DNA of 64,000 nt from Macrostomum lignano (lineage: Eukaryota), in assembly GCA_002269645.1 (NCBI GenBank), contig NIVC01001363.1, forward strand, positions 62,001 to 126,000, written 5' to 3'. The position numbers and the translations under genes were made by a program. Positions 22,001-48,805 of this stretch are shown one piece after another. Position 1 is the stretch's first letter; each line of letters opens with the position of its first letter. The notes under the pieces are model-generated. The model was not told the origin of the DNA. It did no database searches and saw only the letters and a program-made list of their open reading frames with translations.

Positions 22001-24430
22001 TTTGAGGCTTTTGTTCGAGATTTTTTGGATTTTGTCCGAGGTTTTGGGATTTTGTCCGAGGTTTTGGGATTTTGTCCGAGGTTTTGGGATTTTGTCCGAG
22101 GTTTTGGGATTTTGTCCGAGGTTTTGGGATTTTGTCCGAGGTTTTGGGATTTTGTCCGAGGTTTTGGGATTTTGTCCGAGGTTTTGGGATTTTGTCGGGA
22201 TTTTGAAGATTTTGTCCGGGATTTTTTGGATTTTGTCCGAGGTTTTGGAATTTTTTCCGATGTTTTGGGATTTTGTCCGGGATTTTGAGGATTTTGTCCG
22301 GGATTTTGAGGATTTTGTCCGGGATTTTGAGGCTTTTGTCCGAGATTTTGAGGATTTTGTCCGAGGTTTTGGGATTTTGTCCGGTATTTTTACGATTTGT
22401 TCTGGTTCTGTTACTGTATATTGTTTGGGGATTCAGAGTTTTGTCTGGGAACTATCAGCCAGCTTCTCTCATAGAGATTTCCTGGAAAGAGATTCAAAAT
22501 TCAAGTCAGCGCCTTAAAAAATAATATATCAGGTAAACCTGAGCCATATGGTTTTTTCTTAAAATTACGGCAACTCATCTCGGGCCCAGCGCTGCCAATC
22601 AATCAAATAAATTGGATTTCACAATCAATATCAATAGAACTTCAGTGTTTGACTCTGAGGCCGTTAAACTGCATTAGCTGATGCCCCGGGTGGCACTCAA
22701 ATTTGCGTATGGATATTTGCCCATCGCCCATCGCTTTTATTTAGTTTGATTGAGCCATGGGGCACTCCGCCTGCAACTGGTCTGGACAGATGGAGCTCAC
22801 GTGACCCGGGCTGGGGGGAGCGTTTAATGCGCGTGTGGAGGCATTCCGGGATGAAACTCTTCACTGATATTGGGGATAGCTCTTAGCAAATTAGTGTGTA
22901 TCACCCTCCATATCTTTGTGTATCACCCTCCATACCAGTGTGTATCACCCTCCATATCTTCTTGTATCACTCTCCACATACCAATGTATATCACCCTCCA
23001 TATCTTCTTGTATCACTCTCCATATAACAGTGTGTATCACCCTCCATATCTTCTTGTATCACTCTCCATACCAGTGTGTATCACCCTCCATATCTTCTTG
23101 TATCACTCTCCATATACCAATGTATATCACCCTCCATATCTTCTTGTATCACTCTCCATATAACAGTGTGTATCACCCTCCATATCTTTGTGTATCACCC
23201 TCCATACCAGTGTGTATCACCCTCCATATACCAATGTGTATCACCCTCTATATTTTTGTGTATCACCCTCCATACCAGTGTGTATCACCCTCCATACCAG
23301 TGTGTATCACCCTCCATACCAGTGTGTATCACCCTCCATACCAGTGTGTATCACCCTCCATACCAGTGTGTATCACCCTCCATACCAGTGTGTATCACCC
23401 TCCATACCAGTGTGTATCACCCTCCATACCAGTGTGTATCACCCTCCATACCAGTGTGTATCACCCTCCATAGCAGTGTGTATCACCCTGCATAGCAGTA
23501 TGTATCACCCTCCATAGCAGTATGTATCACCTTCCATAGCAGTATGTATCACCCTCCATAGCAGTGTGTATCACCCTCACAGAGCCGCCGCATTCCTTTG
23601 TTCTGGCAGTGCTTCAGCAGAGCTTGGAAGCTGTCCGCACCATCGTCAATGCCGCCAGCGGCTCCTCCTCCAGCAGCGTGGCACTGAGACGCTCTCGGAT
23701 CCTCCATGGTTGCGCAGGCCTTGTAGAACGTCTTCAGCTTGACCTCCCAGTTGGAGTCCTCACCAGACTCTTCAAGCATCTCCTGCAGGTGGCCCCGGGT
23801 CGCCGACTGTAGCTTCTCCTGCCTGGACCAGACCGGCGCAGCAGGCGGCAGGTGATTCTCCGCCAGCCAGCCGCCGCAGGCGAAGTTGTAAAAGTCGCCG
23901 CCAGCCCGGCAGGGCTCAGCCGACCTGTTCAAGGACTCCTCCATCTCGGCGGCCGCCTTCAGGCAGGCGTAGCCGAGGCAGCGAGCGCTGCCAGACGACG
24001 CCGAGTTGTCGTCGCCAACCGATTGTCGAACTCCGCCGCCGAGTTCCGAGGCGGGTGGCTGGCGCGGTGGCGGCCGGAACGCCGGCAGGTAACTGAGCAG
24101 GAGGAAGCCGCTGATGGCGATGAGGCCAGCGGCCAGCACGCAGCAGCAGCAGCACAGAAACTTCACTCGCTTAGCCTGAGTAGCCGAATTCGAACCGCGC
24201 ACCTCGGCGGTTTCAACTTCGCCGACTGCCGAAGGCATCAGCGGCTTGCGATTGTCGGACGGCAGAGTCACCGTCCGGCCATTGCCGTCCAGACTGGTGG
24301 TGGCCGAGTGAATCTGGCCGTAAGACGGGCCGGACAAGGCCGGATAGAAGTAGGCCGCCCGGCCTCCGCCGCCGTCGCTAGCGAATTTCAAGTAACTTTC
24401 GTCGCAATCTGGCGCGTGGCGCGGCTTCAT
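5623..24430 (-). CDS. Neprilysin/ECE-like M13 family type II membrane protein, predicted catalytically inactive, 841 aa, 15 exons: 24430-23581, 21374-21274, 20535-20260, 18793-18660, 15535-15322, 14731-14630, 14548-14471, 13667-13522, 13434-13376, 12889-12832, 12748-12681, 10720-10626, 9665-9486, 7432-7362, 5716-5623
   Basis: All introns are GT-AG with matching phases and the exons sum to 2526 nt (842 codons). M13 landmarks occur in order: TM helix, C...C...[53 protein letters not shown]....F..SF.CP. Confidence 0.85.
5790..6520. repeat. 20-bp minisatellite GGTCACTGCTATTCCCAGTG
   Basis: Direct inspection. Confidence 0.95.
6685..7229. repeat. 21-bp minisatellite family A (CCGTCTGACAGGTACCTTCCA)
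   Basis: Direct inspection. Confidence 0.95.
7362..7432 (-). CDS. M13-like exon 14
   Basis: tgtcag|[24 protein letters not shown]|gtgagc. Confidence 0.75.
7652..9428. repeat. 21-bp minisatellite family B (CTGACAGACTCCTCAAACTAT) with an embedded family A block at 8597-8806
   Basis: Direct inspection. Confidence 0.95.
9486..9665 (-). CDS. M13-like exon 13 (degenerate ENIAD site)
   Basis: ccgcag|LLPGQ...[19 protein letters not shown]...[18 protein letters not shown]|gtgagg. Confidence 0.85.
9694..10420. repeat. 15-bp minisatellite AGAGTGACATTG(G/C)AT
   Basis: Direct inspection. Confidence 0.95.
10626..10720 (-). CDS. M13-like exon 12
   Basis: ttttag|[32 protein letters not shown]|gtttgg. 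Confidence 0.75.
10852..11254. repeat. 19-21-bp minisatellite GGGAGAGTCATGGGGTGTCA
   Basis: Direct inspection. Confidence 0.95.
11660..12650. repeat. 26-bp minisatellite GAGGATCGGGAAGGGATTGTACTTTA
   Basis: Direct inspection. Confidence 0.95.
12681..12748 (-). CDS. M13-like exon 11 (degenerate HExxH site)
   Basis: ctgcag|[23 protein letters not shown]|gtgaga, aligning to [21 protein letters not shown]. Confidence 0.8.
12832..12889 (-). CDS. M13-like exon 10
   Basis: ttacag|[19 protein letters not shown]|gtgagt, corresponding to the canonical FPAGILQPPF. Confidence 0.8.
12970..13309. repeat. 16-bp minisatellite GAGATTGAGATCGGGT
   Basis: Direct inspection. Confidence 0.95.
13376..13434 (-). 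CDS. M13-like exon 9 (degenerate VNAFY region)
   Basis: ttgcag|[19 protein letters not shown]|gtgagt. Confidence 0.7.
13522..13667 (-). CDS. M13-like exon 8
   Basis: caacag|LTNHPTPG...[17 protein letters not shown]|gtatgc. Confidence 0.7.
13775..14380. repeat. 17-bp minisatellite GCACCTTGGTAGTTTAA
   Basis: Direct inspection. Confidence 0.95.
14471..14548 (-). CDS. M13-like exon 7
   Basis: cttcag|[26 protein letters not shown]|gtgagt. Confidence 0.75.
14630..14731 (-). CDS. M13-like exon 6
   Basis: tttcag|[17 protein letters not shown]...IEKITDK|gtgagc. Confidence 0.75.
14997..15299. repeat. 19/22-bp minisatellite GCAGAAAGCAACAAAAGCA(GCA)
   Basis: Direct inspection. Confidence 0.9.
15322..15535 (-). 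CDS. M13-like exon 5
   Basis: aacag|[19 protein letters not shown]...[22 protein letters not shown]...EL|gtgagg. Confidence 0.8.
15655..16670. repeat. 10-bp satellite TCATCC(C/T)NTC, degenerating rightwards
   Basis: Direct inspection. Confidence 0.9.
17545..18370. repeat. 14-bp minisatellite GACAGGCTAGGAGA / GACAGGCAAGGAAA
   Basis: Direct inspection. Confidence 0.95.
18660..18793 (-). CDS. M13-like exon 4
   Basis: ccgcag|[11 protein letters not shown]...[21 protein letters not shown]|gtaagc. Confidence 0.75.
18812..19047. repeat. (TCTG)n microsatellite with TCTTAGTG interruptions
   Basis: Direct inspection. Confidence 0.95.
19448..20124. repeat. 12-bp satellite CTGATCCCCA(C/A)T (left inverted arm)
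   Basis: Direct inspection. Confidence 0.95.
20260..20535 (-). CDS. M13-like exon 3 (276 nt, phase 0/0)
   Basis: ctgcag|[10 protein letters not shown]...[11 protein letters not shown]...[15 protein letters not shown]|gtacgc. Confidence 0.75.
20542..21036. repeat. 11-12-bp satellite A(G/T)TGGGGATCAG (right inverted arm, reverse complement of 19448-20124)
   Basis: Direct inspection. Confidence 0.95.
21274..21374 (-). CDS. M13-like exon 2
   Basis: ccgcag|...CTG|gtaagt; [33 protein letters not shown]. Confidence 0.75.
21565..22385. repeat. 20-bp minisatellite GGGATTTTGTCCGAGGTTTT with an internal block duplication of about 345 bp
   Basis: Direct inspection. Confidence 0.9.
22893..23579. repeat. 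22-bp minisatellite GTGTGTATCACCCTCCATACCA
   Basis: Direct inspection; abuts the exon 1 donor. Confidence 0.95.
23581..24430 (-). CDS. M13-like exon 1 (cytoplasmic tail, TM helix, first Cys cluster)
   Basis: ATG at 24430; [20 protein letters not shown]; [17 protein letters not shown]; donor T|GTGAGG, phase 1. Confidence 0.9.
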
Positions 24431-24579
24431 TGCGGCTTTTTCGGGGGCCGTCGTTTCTTAGAATGTATTCAAATATAGGCCTTCAATAATTTTAAGAGAT
24501 TTTTTTTGATGTGGCTCAGATATTTTCGATATGTTCGATGTTTCTTAGGATATTTCCTAAGAATATTTCCTTAGGATAT

Positions 24580-24900
24580 TTCTTAGAAATGTCCTCCAGA
24601 ATATCTGTATTTCTTAGAAATGTCCTCCAGAATATCTGTATTTCTTAGAAATGTCCTCCAGAATATCTGTATTTCTTAGAAATTCCTTCCAGTGTGTCTG
24701 TATTTCTTAGAAATTCCTTCCAGTGTGTCTGGATTTCTTAGAAATACCTTCCAGTGTGTCTGTATTTCTTAGAAATGCCTTCCAGTGTGTCTGTGTTTCT
24801 TCGAAACGTCTTCCAGTGTATCGCTTTTTTTAGAAATGTCTTCCAGTGTATCCGTGTTTCTAAGAAACGTCTTCCGTTGTATCTGTGATTCTTAGAGTCT
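24580..24900. repeat. Degenerate 31-bp tandem repeat (TGTATTTCTTAGAAAT...)
   Basis: Direct inspection. Confidence 0.8.
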
Positions 24901-25542
24901 GTCTTCCGGCGTTATCTGTGTTTCTTAAAGTCGACTTTCCTTACTGTTAATTATTCTTCGAAGTTTATCCTTTCCGGTGTTGATTTTTTCTTTGAGTTAT
25001 CTTCCGGTGTTGTTTCTGAAGTATGAAAGAGAATTACTTCCGGTGCGCGTTGATCGAGCTAGCTGTTTAGATCCGCTGCTTTCAGATTTGTCCAAAGTTG
25101 ATGTGGCGCTGGTTCTCAAAGCTCAATGAGCTGTTGCGGATATTTCATTTTATTACGATCCACAAAAAGCGTCCCTGTCCCTTGCTCTCAGCCTCTTTTT
25201 GTAGGGTTGCTCTCAGCCCTCAGTTTTATCCCAACTTGTATTCCCAATCATCCAACCGCCACTGTCATTGGTGGGGATTTAGACTGACCAGTTGGATTGG
25301 CTGGCCCAGCAGCCCAGCCCCGGACTCAGATAAAAGTTTCTCCATCAATATAATCCTTTATATGGCTTATTCTGAAGTTTTTTCTCCAACGCCATACTGC
25401 AATACTTTCAACTTGGCGTGGGTGTTTTCTGTTCTCTGTTTTCAATAAATTATTTATGCCAACAAATGTGCCGACTACAACTGCTGCCAGCTGCCTCACT
25501 AATTGCTGAATGCTAGGGGAAGAAGATTAAAGAGAGACAGAG

Positions 25543-25765
25543 CGGAGAGACAGAGGGGAGACACAGAGGGGAGACACAGGGGAGAGACACAGGGGAGAGA
25601 CACAGGGGAGAGACAGAGGGGAGACACAGAGGGGAGACACAGGGGAGAGACACAGGGGAGAGACACAGGGGAGAGACACAGGGGAGAGACACAGGGGAAA
25701 GACAGAGGGGGAGACAGAGGGGGGGAGACAGAGGGGAGATAGAAGGGAGAGACAGAGAGGGAGGG
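25543..25765. repeat. 14-16-bp purine-rich repeat GACACAGGGGAGA
   Basis: Direct inspection. Confidence 0.9.
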
Positions 25766-26591
25766 ACACAAAAGAGAGACACAGGATGAAGTATGAGGGA
25801 GAGAAATAGGAACAACAGACATGATAGAACAGACAACAGAGTAAATGTGTGGGCACAAAGCGCAGAGAGAGAGAGGCTAGCGGATCAAGATACTGGAGCG
25901 GTGCGTAAGCACACGGATACCAGTGCCACTAAATTGCCTCTGTCTTGGGAGTTTCCCTCTGATTAGCTCATCGATTTCCCCAGTCGGGGGGTGGGTCAGG
26001 CGACATCAATCTCTTCCCCTCCTCCTGTAACCCCCCGCCAGACAAATTTGTTAAAATGTTGCTCTTTTTAAAATCTACTTTCAAACCCAAGCGTTCAAGT
26101 GGATTAAATGGCTAATTATTGTTGCTTCACGCGCGCAAGGACTCTCGGCTAGTATCTGGACTGGATAGAAATGACACAATTGGTTGTCTTAGTTGGGGAT
26201 ATTTATTCATAGTGTCAACAAGTCCAGATCGCGGCAACCCGTTCTCTCTCTGACTGAAGTCCCCAGACGCGCTGATGGCTGACAGAGGCTGCTCATGCAT
26301 AATGCAGATAGGACGCGAAGTGTGCAGCAGACAGACAAAGACTGGCTGGAGCAAAAATTTAATCACAAATTTAAATTTCACTTCTCGGTCATGCCGAACG
26401 GGATCTGGCGCCTTTTGCTAGAAATATTCAGTGATGAAATTTTGATTTCTGAATTGGCTATCAGTTCTAGTCGGAGTTCGTTTCGGTCTGCACGTGCAGG
26501 GACGCAGACTGGGATGGTGATGAAATTGTAACTTGGGTAGCTCGTAGACAAGCGAGGAGTTGAAAGATAATTAAATTGACTGCCAAATGCT

Positions 26592-26870
26592 CATCTCTCT
26601 TGGCGCCCCATCTCTCTTGGCGGCCCATCTCTCTTGGCACCCCACCTCTCTTGGCGCCCCATCTCTCTTGGCGCCCCATCTCTCTTGGCGCCCCACCTCT
26701 CTTGGCGCCCCATCTCTCTTGGCGCCCCACCTCTCTTGGCGCCCCATCTCTCTTGGCGCCCCTCTTCTCTTGGCGCCCCATCTCTCTTGGCGCCCCATCT
26801 CTCTTGGCGCCCCACCTCTCTTGGCGCCCCACCTCTCTTGGCGCCCCACCTCTCTTGGCGCCCCACCTCT
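26592..26870. repeat. 17-bp minisatellite CTTGGCGCCCCA(T/C)CTCT
   Basis: Direct inspection. Confidence 0.95.
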
Positions 26871-28629
26871 CTATTCGTGCCCCGTCGTTTTTTATCTTCA
26901 GCTTGGGATAGCTGTTAATATGTCCAATAGAGTTAGAGTCTGATAATATATAATTGCAGTAACTTATCAATTAATTGCAGGAAACACAAAATATTTGAGT
27001 ACTGGCTCATAATGCGGAAACACTAGCAGTTGAGAAGACAGTTGAGATCGACTGCAGAGAAGTTCTGGCGCATACTTAATTGATAAACAACGATTATCGC
27101 TCGTATTTATATTTGTTTCATGGGAAGAATATTACTCGTACGTACTGGTCGACCGCTCCATTGACACTAGCGCATGCAGTTTGCATGAGTATATCGCGAG
27201 CATGGTCATTGGGCCTCTGCAGTTGAATCATGAATAATGAAAGCAAGTGAGCTTTATTCCTTTATGCACTCTATGCACAAGGAGATATGCACCACATCCA
27301 CACGGAAAAAACACGATTAGATATCTATATGTATATTGCGTATAGTTTAATCTGGATTGCTAGTCCTTGCATGCCTAGTACGTTAACATGTTGCTTCTTT
27401 TTAATTAAAACAGATTATAGAAGCAACAGAATTACAGAGTAATTACAGAATTAACAGTAATCAGATGCAACCAGGTTAGCAATGAACCCTTTATCTGCCA
27501 GAAGAACCCGAGGACTTTGCTTTGTAATTCAGTGCGTTTGCTGATTGCTTATTATGGACAACTCAAGCTCATCTTCTATTTTTCGACTGTGCTTAAGTGA
27601 CTCATCGTTATGAAATGTAGTCGAAGTCAAGTTTATTACAATAACTTGACGCCAATTATAAAAATATACAGTTTTTGACAAGTATTTCTTTTCTAATTCT
27701 ACATTTCTAGCCACTAACATTTTTCCGAAGACAATGGTAATGCAAACACGAGTTTTGACTCAACATTCATTTCAGAGAATTCGAAGAGTAAATTTAAACC
27801 AGGTAAAAAACTTTAGGAAATATAATTATTCATATTTTAGCAAGATTTTAAACTAATGAATGAATTATATATTTAATAAATTATTATGTTAAATGCAAGC
27901 GTGTTATCATTATTATTTTTTCGTTCCGTGTTTGCTTCGTTATAAACGACAAAGCACGCTAAGCGATAATCGCGAAAACTCAAATTTAAACATAAAAATG
28001 ACGTACAAAGATGATATGAATAACTGTGATAATAATTACTTTTACTGTGACTTTGACTCAGTTTTTTATCTTTCCGATCAGCCTTCTTGGCTTTCATTCT
28101 GATTTTATAATATGGCATTGATTCGAAAGTACGAGCTAAATGCATTTTAATCTAATCCTCTTAGAATTTCAATCAAGTAAAAGCTAATGACAACAGTTCA
28201 TAATCATGAAAAGCCTTGTGCTTCTTAGAACGGATTTATTTAGGCTCTCGTACTATTCTACCAAGTAGAAAGCAATGTTTGGTATATAAAAAGGCATATA
28301 TAGACTATAGTTCAAACCTATGATTTGAAAATATATCATGTTAATTTTCAATGACATGTAGGCTTTTGTTTTCATTTTCATTTTCAGATTCATAATTTGA
28401 TAGAAATGGCAATTGCTCTGAAATTATATTTTATATATGAAGATTGAAATTTTCTAAATTGACCAACTTTTTCTTACAAATTTCGGTTTTTCATATTTCA
28501 ATGACTGTTATAGAATAAGTTTCTACTAAGCATTTCTGACATCTGCTAAATTTTAAAAGGCAGTTATAGACGACAACAGCAGAATTTCAAATCCAATAAA
28601 TCCGGAAAAATTCCAGCCTCTGCAAAGAA

Positions 28630-35150
<6,521 letters not shown>

Positions 35151-35286
35151 GTTGAGCACTTTTTATTGTTAGTTGAGCAAATTATTTGCAGCTTTGAGTG
35201 TCGGTAGCACAATACCTATATAGCTGTAGAATATTGTAGCTCTTTGTGTTTTTAGCTCTAAGCAGAGCAGAGCTCTGTGGATCCCA

Positions 35287-35801
35287 TCCTATCTCTGTGA
35301 GATTCAGTCCTATCTCTGTGAGATTCAGTCCTATCTCTGTGAGATTCCCTCCTATCTCTGTGAGATTCCCCCCTATCTCTGTGAGATTCCCTCCTATCTC
35401 TGTGAGATTCCCTCCTATCTCTGTGAGATTCCCTCCTATCTCTGTGAGATTCCGTCCTATCTCTGTGAGATTCCCTCCTATCTCTGTGAGATTCCCTCCT
35501 ATCTCTGTGAGATTCCCTCCTATCTCTGTGAGATTCCCTCCTATCTCTGTGAGATTCCCTCCTATCTCTGTGAGATTCCCTCCTATCTCTGTGAGATTCC
35601 CTCCTATCTCTGTGAGATTCCCTCCTATCTCTGTGAGATTCCCTCCTATCTCTGTGAGATTCCCTCCTATCTCTGTGAGATTCCCTCCTATCTCTGTGAG
35701 ATTCCCTCCTATCTCTGTGAGATTCCCCCCTATCTCTGTGAGATTCCCTCCTATCTCTGTGAGATTCCCTCCTATCTCTGTGAGATTCCGTCCTATCTCT
35801 G
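35287..35801. repeat. 21-bp minisatellite TCCTATCTCTGTGAGATTCCC
   Basis: Direct inspection. Confidence 0.95.
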
Positions 35802-37978
35802 TCAGAGCCTTTGTGCGATTTCTACACCTTAATATTCTTTAAGCTATGCGCTATTGCCCTTCTGTCAATCTATTTGTATTTAGATTTAGACATATATTCA
35901 TCATCGGCACGACTTTTGCATTCATGTTAGCGCAAATATTAATCATTTACCTGCACAATTTCTTACTATAGGGTTAATTAAAATAGTAAACAATGTACTT
36001 TTCAATCTTGATCACTTACTTGCTCGCTGAAGTAGCGAATGTCGGTCTATAGTCGTGAATCGTGGTTAAATATTCAAATATATATTTATATTTATGTCAA
36101 GAAGATCAGAAGATTTTTATTTAATCCAGGGGTTTAACAATTAAGGATGCTACAGCTGACACAAAAAATAACAACAAAAACGCTAAAGCGCATTAGATAG
36201 CGTAGGAATTATTTTTAATAAATGTGTAAAAAATATTTAGTTAAATACTTTTTCAAACAAATTACGGGCTAAGTCAAAAAATGTCCATTAGATGCAGTAT
36301 TTTAGGTACGCTACACTGCAGCAGACTCGGGGCGCTTACTCAAAAATTAATAAATATAATAGTAGAAAATTACATAAAAACACTACTTTCAGCAATGGTG
36401 TGGAAAATTAACAAAAAATTCTATAATTAAAACTAACTTTGCTGCATTTTTAAAAACAAAAACATACTGCAAATAACATCTTAATAATTTTACATAATAA
36501 CAACCATTAAACAGAACTTTTTAAACCTTGAAGATACTTTACTTCTGTTTCTATTCATGGATTAACTTGCCAATAAACCACATCATTGTCCGAAGATAAA
36601 AGTTGCGCTTTAATTTGTTCAAGTGCAAGGAAAGATGAATTATAACAAAAAAACATTTTTCTGCCTTCAAGAGAGAATTTTAATTTAAAACGGTCTTTGA
36701 CATGATAGAATCTGAATCGTTCACGCACTCTGAATAGCTCAAAAAATTTACACTGTGGCGTTGAACCAGAGAGACAAAATTTCTTACTCAAAAAAGTATG
36801 ACTGGGACTTAGCATTGAAAAAAATTAAATACAACATACTTCAAGAGCAACTTCTGAAAAATCTTAAATTTCCAGTCTAATTGATTTCTGGTTGAGAAAG
36901 CGCAATCAGTTATTCTAGGTACGAAATAGGAGCCAACGATATGATCATGAGTCACGTACTGATAGCAAAAAATACGAAAAATCAGCTCAGAATAACAAAG
37001 TACAAGCTAAATGAGCTTTCCCCATGCAACGAGTGCACTCGGAGTGATAAACTAGCCTTTAATAAGCGCTATTTGGTGCCTCAGAAGTTGAAAGTCAAGC
37101 CAAGGAGAGGCTGATATTATACAATCACAATTATGCAAGCCTTTTTTCATAATAATCTTTGTGTAGTCGTGGCGCTGGCATATTTACTGCACAACATGAC
37201 AGGGCTAAGATAAATGAAGATATATGACATATTTTTGACTGGTTAAGACTGAATAAATTCATGGCATTAACGAGTTAATAATGAGCCAACGCGGCAAGTA
37301 AAATATTAAAATAACAACTGTTATGATCGCTGCAAACACGATGAGTGATTTTGATTTATTTACGAATCAAATCGAGGTTTATGATGGGCCCTGAAGGACC
37401 AGGCTTTGGTGACTGCTCTCCAAGGATCACTGAAAGTAGAATGATGGGCATTTACGGTAGCTTCTTGTCAATGTTTTGAGCGACACTTAAAAGTTAAGCG
37501 CGCCAATACTGTACACAGACACGCACTCGGTCTTTTACCCTCGAGAATCCGCACCACCTCAACAAATTTCTGGTTGCGCCACTGGCTGCTCTGACCTAAC
37601 TTTTCCAAATTAGCGCACCACAAAAGCGTATCAACAAAACTCCTCATCTTTCTTATTTTCAACATTTTGCGATAGATAAACTTATAAAGCGCATGCCAAT
37701 CTGTAAGCTGATTTTATAGTAAAACTAAAGTAGTACTTCGATGCGGCCCCGCCTCCTTGTACTTTAGTGGGTGCCGCCTACATTGTACATCAGCAAAGCA
37801 TTCCAACCCCTTAATATGCGCATATAAAGTTACACTTCATCTCAGAATGATCCAGTTACAGCAAAGCTTTTTGGCGCGCATTTGAATTGTACGCTGATGA
37901 AGACTGTCTCATTCATAACAGAGCGAACAGGCCCTACCTTCAACAGTTTTGGCTGCAACCTGAGTTCCAGCCGCAGCT

Positions 37979-46446
<8,468 letters not shown>

Positions 46447-46637
46447 CGGAAACTCTGGCCGGCTGTTTGAAGCAGAAATTAAATGAGTGACAGTTCCGCC
46501 TCTTAAAAATGGTGAGCTCTTCCCAGTCGGAAATAATTATCCCATTTTAACGGTATCTTTATCATCGATTTGAAGATTTTCCTCTATTAGAAAGGAAGTT
46601 TATCCCAGATAAAGGATGGTCTCAATTATCTTTTAAC

Positions 46638-47055
46638 CTATTAGGAGGGAGAGTTTATCCAATTAGGAGGGAGAGTTTATCCAATTAGGAGGGAGAGTTT
46701 ATCCAATTAGGAGGGAGAGTTTATCCAATTAGGAGGGAGAGTTTATCCAATTAGGAGGGAGAGTTTATCCAATTAGGAGGGAGAGTTTATCCAATTAGGA
46801 GGGAGAGTTTATCCAATTAGGAGGGAGAGTTTATCCAATTAGGAGGGAGAGTTTATCCAATTAGGAGGGAGAGTTTATCCAATTAGGAGGGAGAGTTTAT
46901 CCAATTAGAAGGGAGAGTTTATCCAATTAGGAGGGAGAGTTTATCCAATTAGGACGGAGAGTTTATCCAATTAGAAGGGAGAGTTTATCCAATTAGAAGG
47001 GAGAGTTTATCCAATTAGGAGGGAGAGTTTATCCAATTAGGAGGGAGAGTTTATC
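46638..47055. repeat. 22-bp minisatellite TTATCCAATTAGGAGGGAGAGT
   Basis: Direct inspection. Confidence 0.95.
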
Positions 47056-47591
47056 TCATTTGGAGCCAATCCTATAGGAAGGTGCAATTTTTCCTGGGGG
47101 TTTATCGAATTAGTAAAGGTAGTTTTTATCCCATTAGGAAGAGGCTATATTCAAATGCGAATTGGGATTATTTTATGAGCCATCTAAAGCAGAATAAAGT
47201 TGAATATAATTTAATTTTTTAATAAATCAAGAAAAAACTTAGTTGCCGCACTTCGATTTGGGTGGGAAGGAAGTCGCGCAAAGGGGAACAGGGGTAATAA
47301 AATGGGGTCTGATGCAATTCTGGGAATTCCCCGCAGCCCAGGTGCGGGTCCCACGGGATTTAAGCGCCGGTGAATGGCGGGGAGGAGGCTCGGGCGCAGT
47401 CGCTTCATTTTATGCACAGCGTCGAGTTGTGCGCTCTTTGCGATGAAAATTTATGATGCTTAAAGGTGGGCAGCGGCCCCACCAGACAGTGAAGGTGGGT
47501 GAGGCGCAAAACACCCGGACTGGCCTCTGTTTTTTTGTTTTTCTATTACTGCTTTAGTTGCGTCTGCCGGCCTGGGCCCGCATTGTAGCTC

Positions 47592-48135
<544 letters not shown>

Positions 48136-48595
48136 TCTATCTATTTCACTCCGAGGGTCACCCTGTGAGCTAGTCTAAAGATTCACAAAAAGATCAAAAG
48201 AGTCTCACCAGATGCGGGTAGTTCAATCTGTACTTGCAATCGCAAGTTCAATATTGGTCACTGCCGCCGCTCGTTCGCGAAATCTCGTCGTTCGTTCCCG
48301 GGCGGGCCCTGCAGAATTTGACGCCAATTTAAATAAGGAAAATATGGCGGAAAAGCGAGTTGTGTGCGGGAGGGGGAGGGGTCTGCGGCTGGATTAAATT
48401 GAGGGCAAAACGAAACAGCTCGCTTGCCATTTGCCCCTGGGCCGCGGCGCCCTTTTCTCTCTCCGTTGTCCATTATTCGGGTCTCGAACCCACCGATGCC
48501 AGCGAGGTGCGTGCGTAGGCGTTTGCGGGCAGCCCAACAGCTGGTGGGCCTGTGTGCCGCACTCCGGTTGCCCTGGAGACCATGGGGCGGGGCAA

Positions 48596-48719
48596 ATGCT
48601 CAGATATTGCAACTGCTCAGATATTGTAACTGCTCAGATATTGCAACTGCTCAGATATTGCAACTGCTCAGATATTGCAACTGCTCAGATATTGCAACTG
48701 CTCAGATATTGCAACTGCT
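48596..48719. repeat. 17-bp repeat GCTCAGATATTGCAACT
   Basis: Direct inspection. Confidence 0.9.
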
Positions 48720-48805
48720 AAATAAACTGTAACTGACGCGAGCTACTTAGAAAAATCAACTGATAAGAAAGTGCAACATTTAAGACGTCGCATCTGTTAA
48801 GACAA

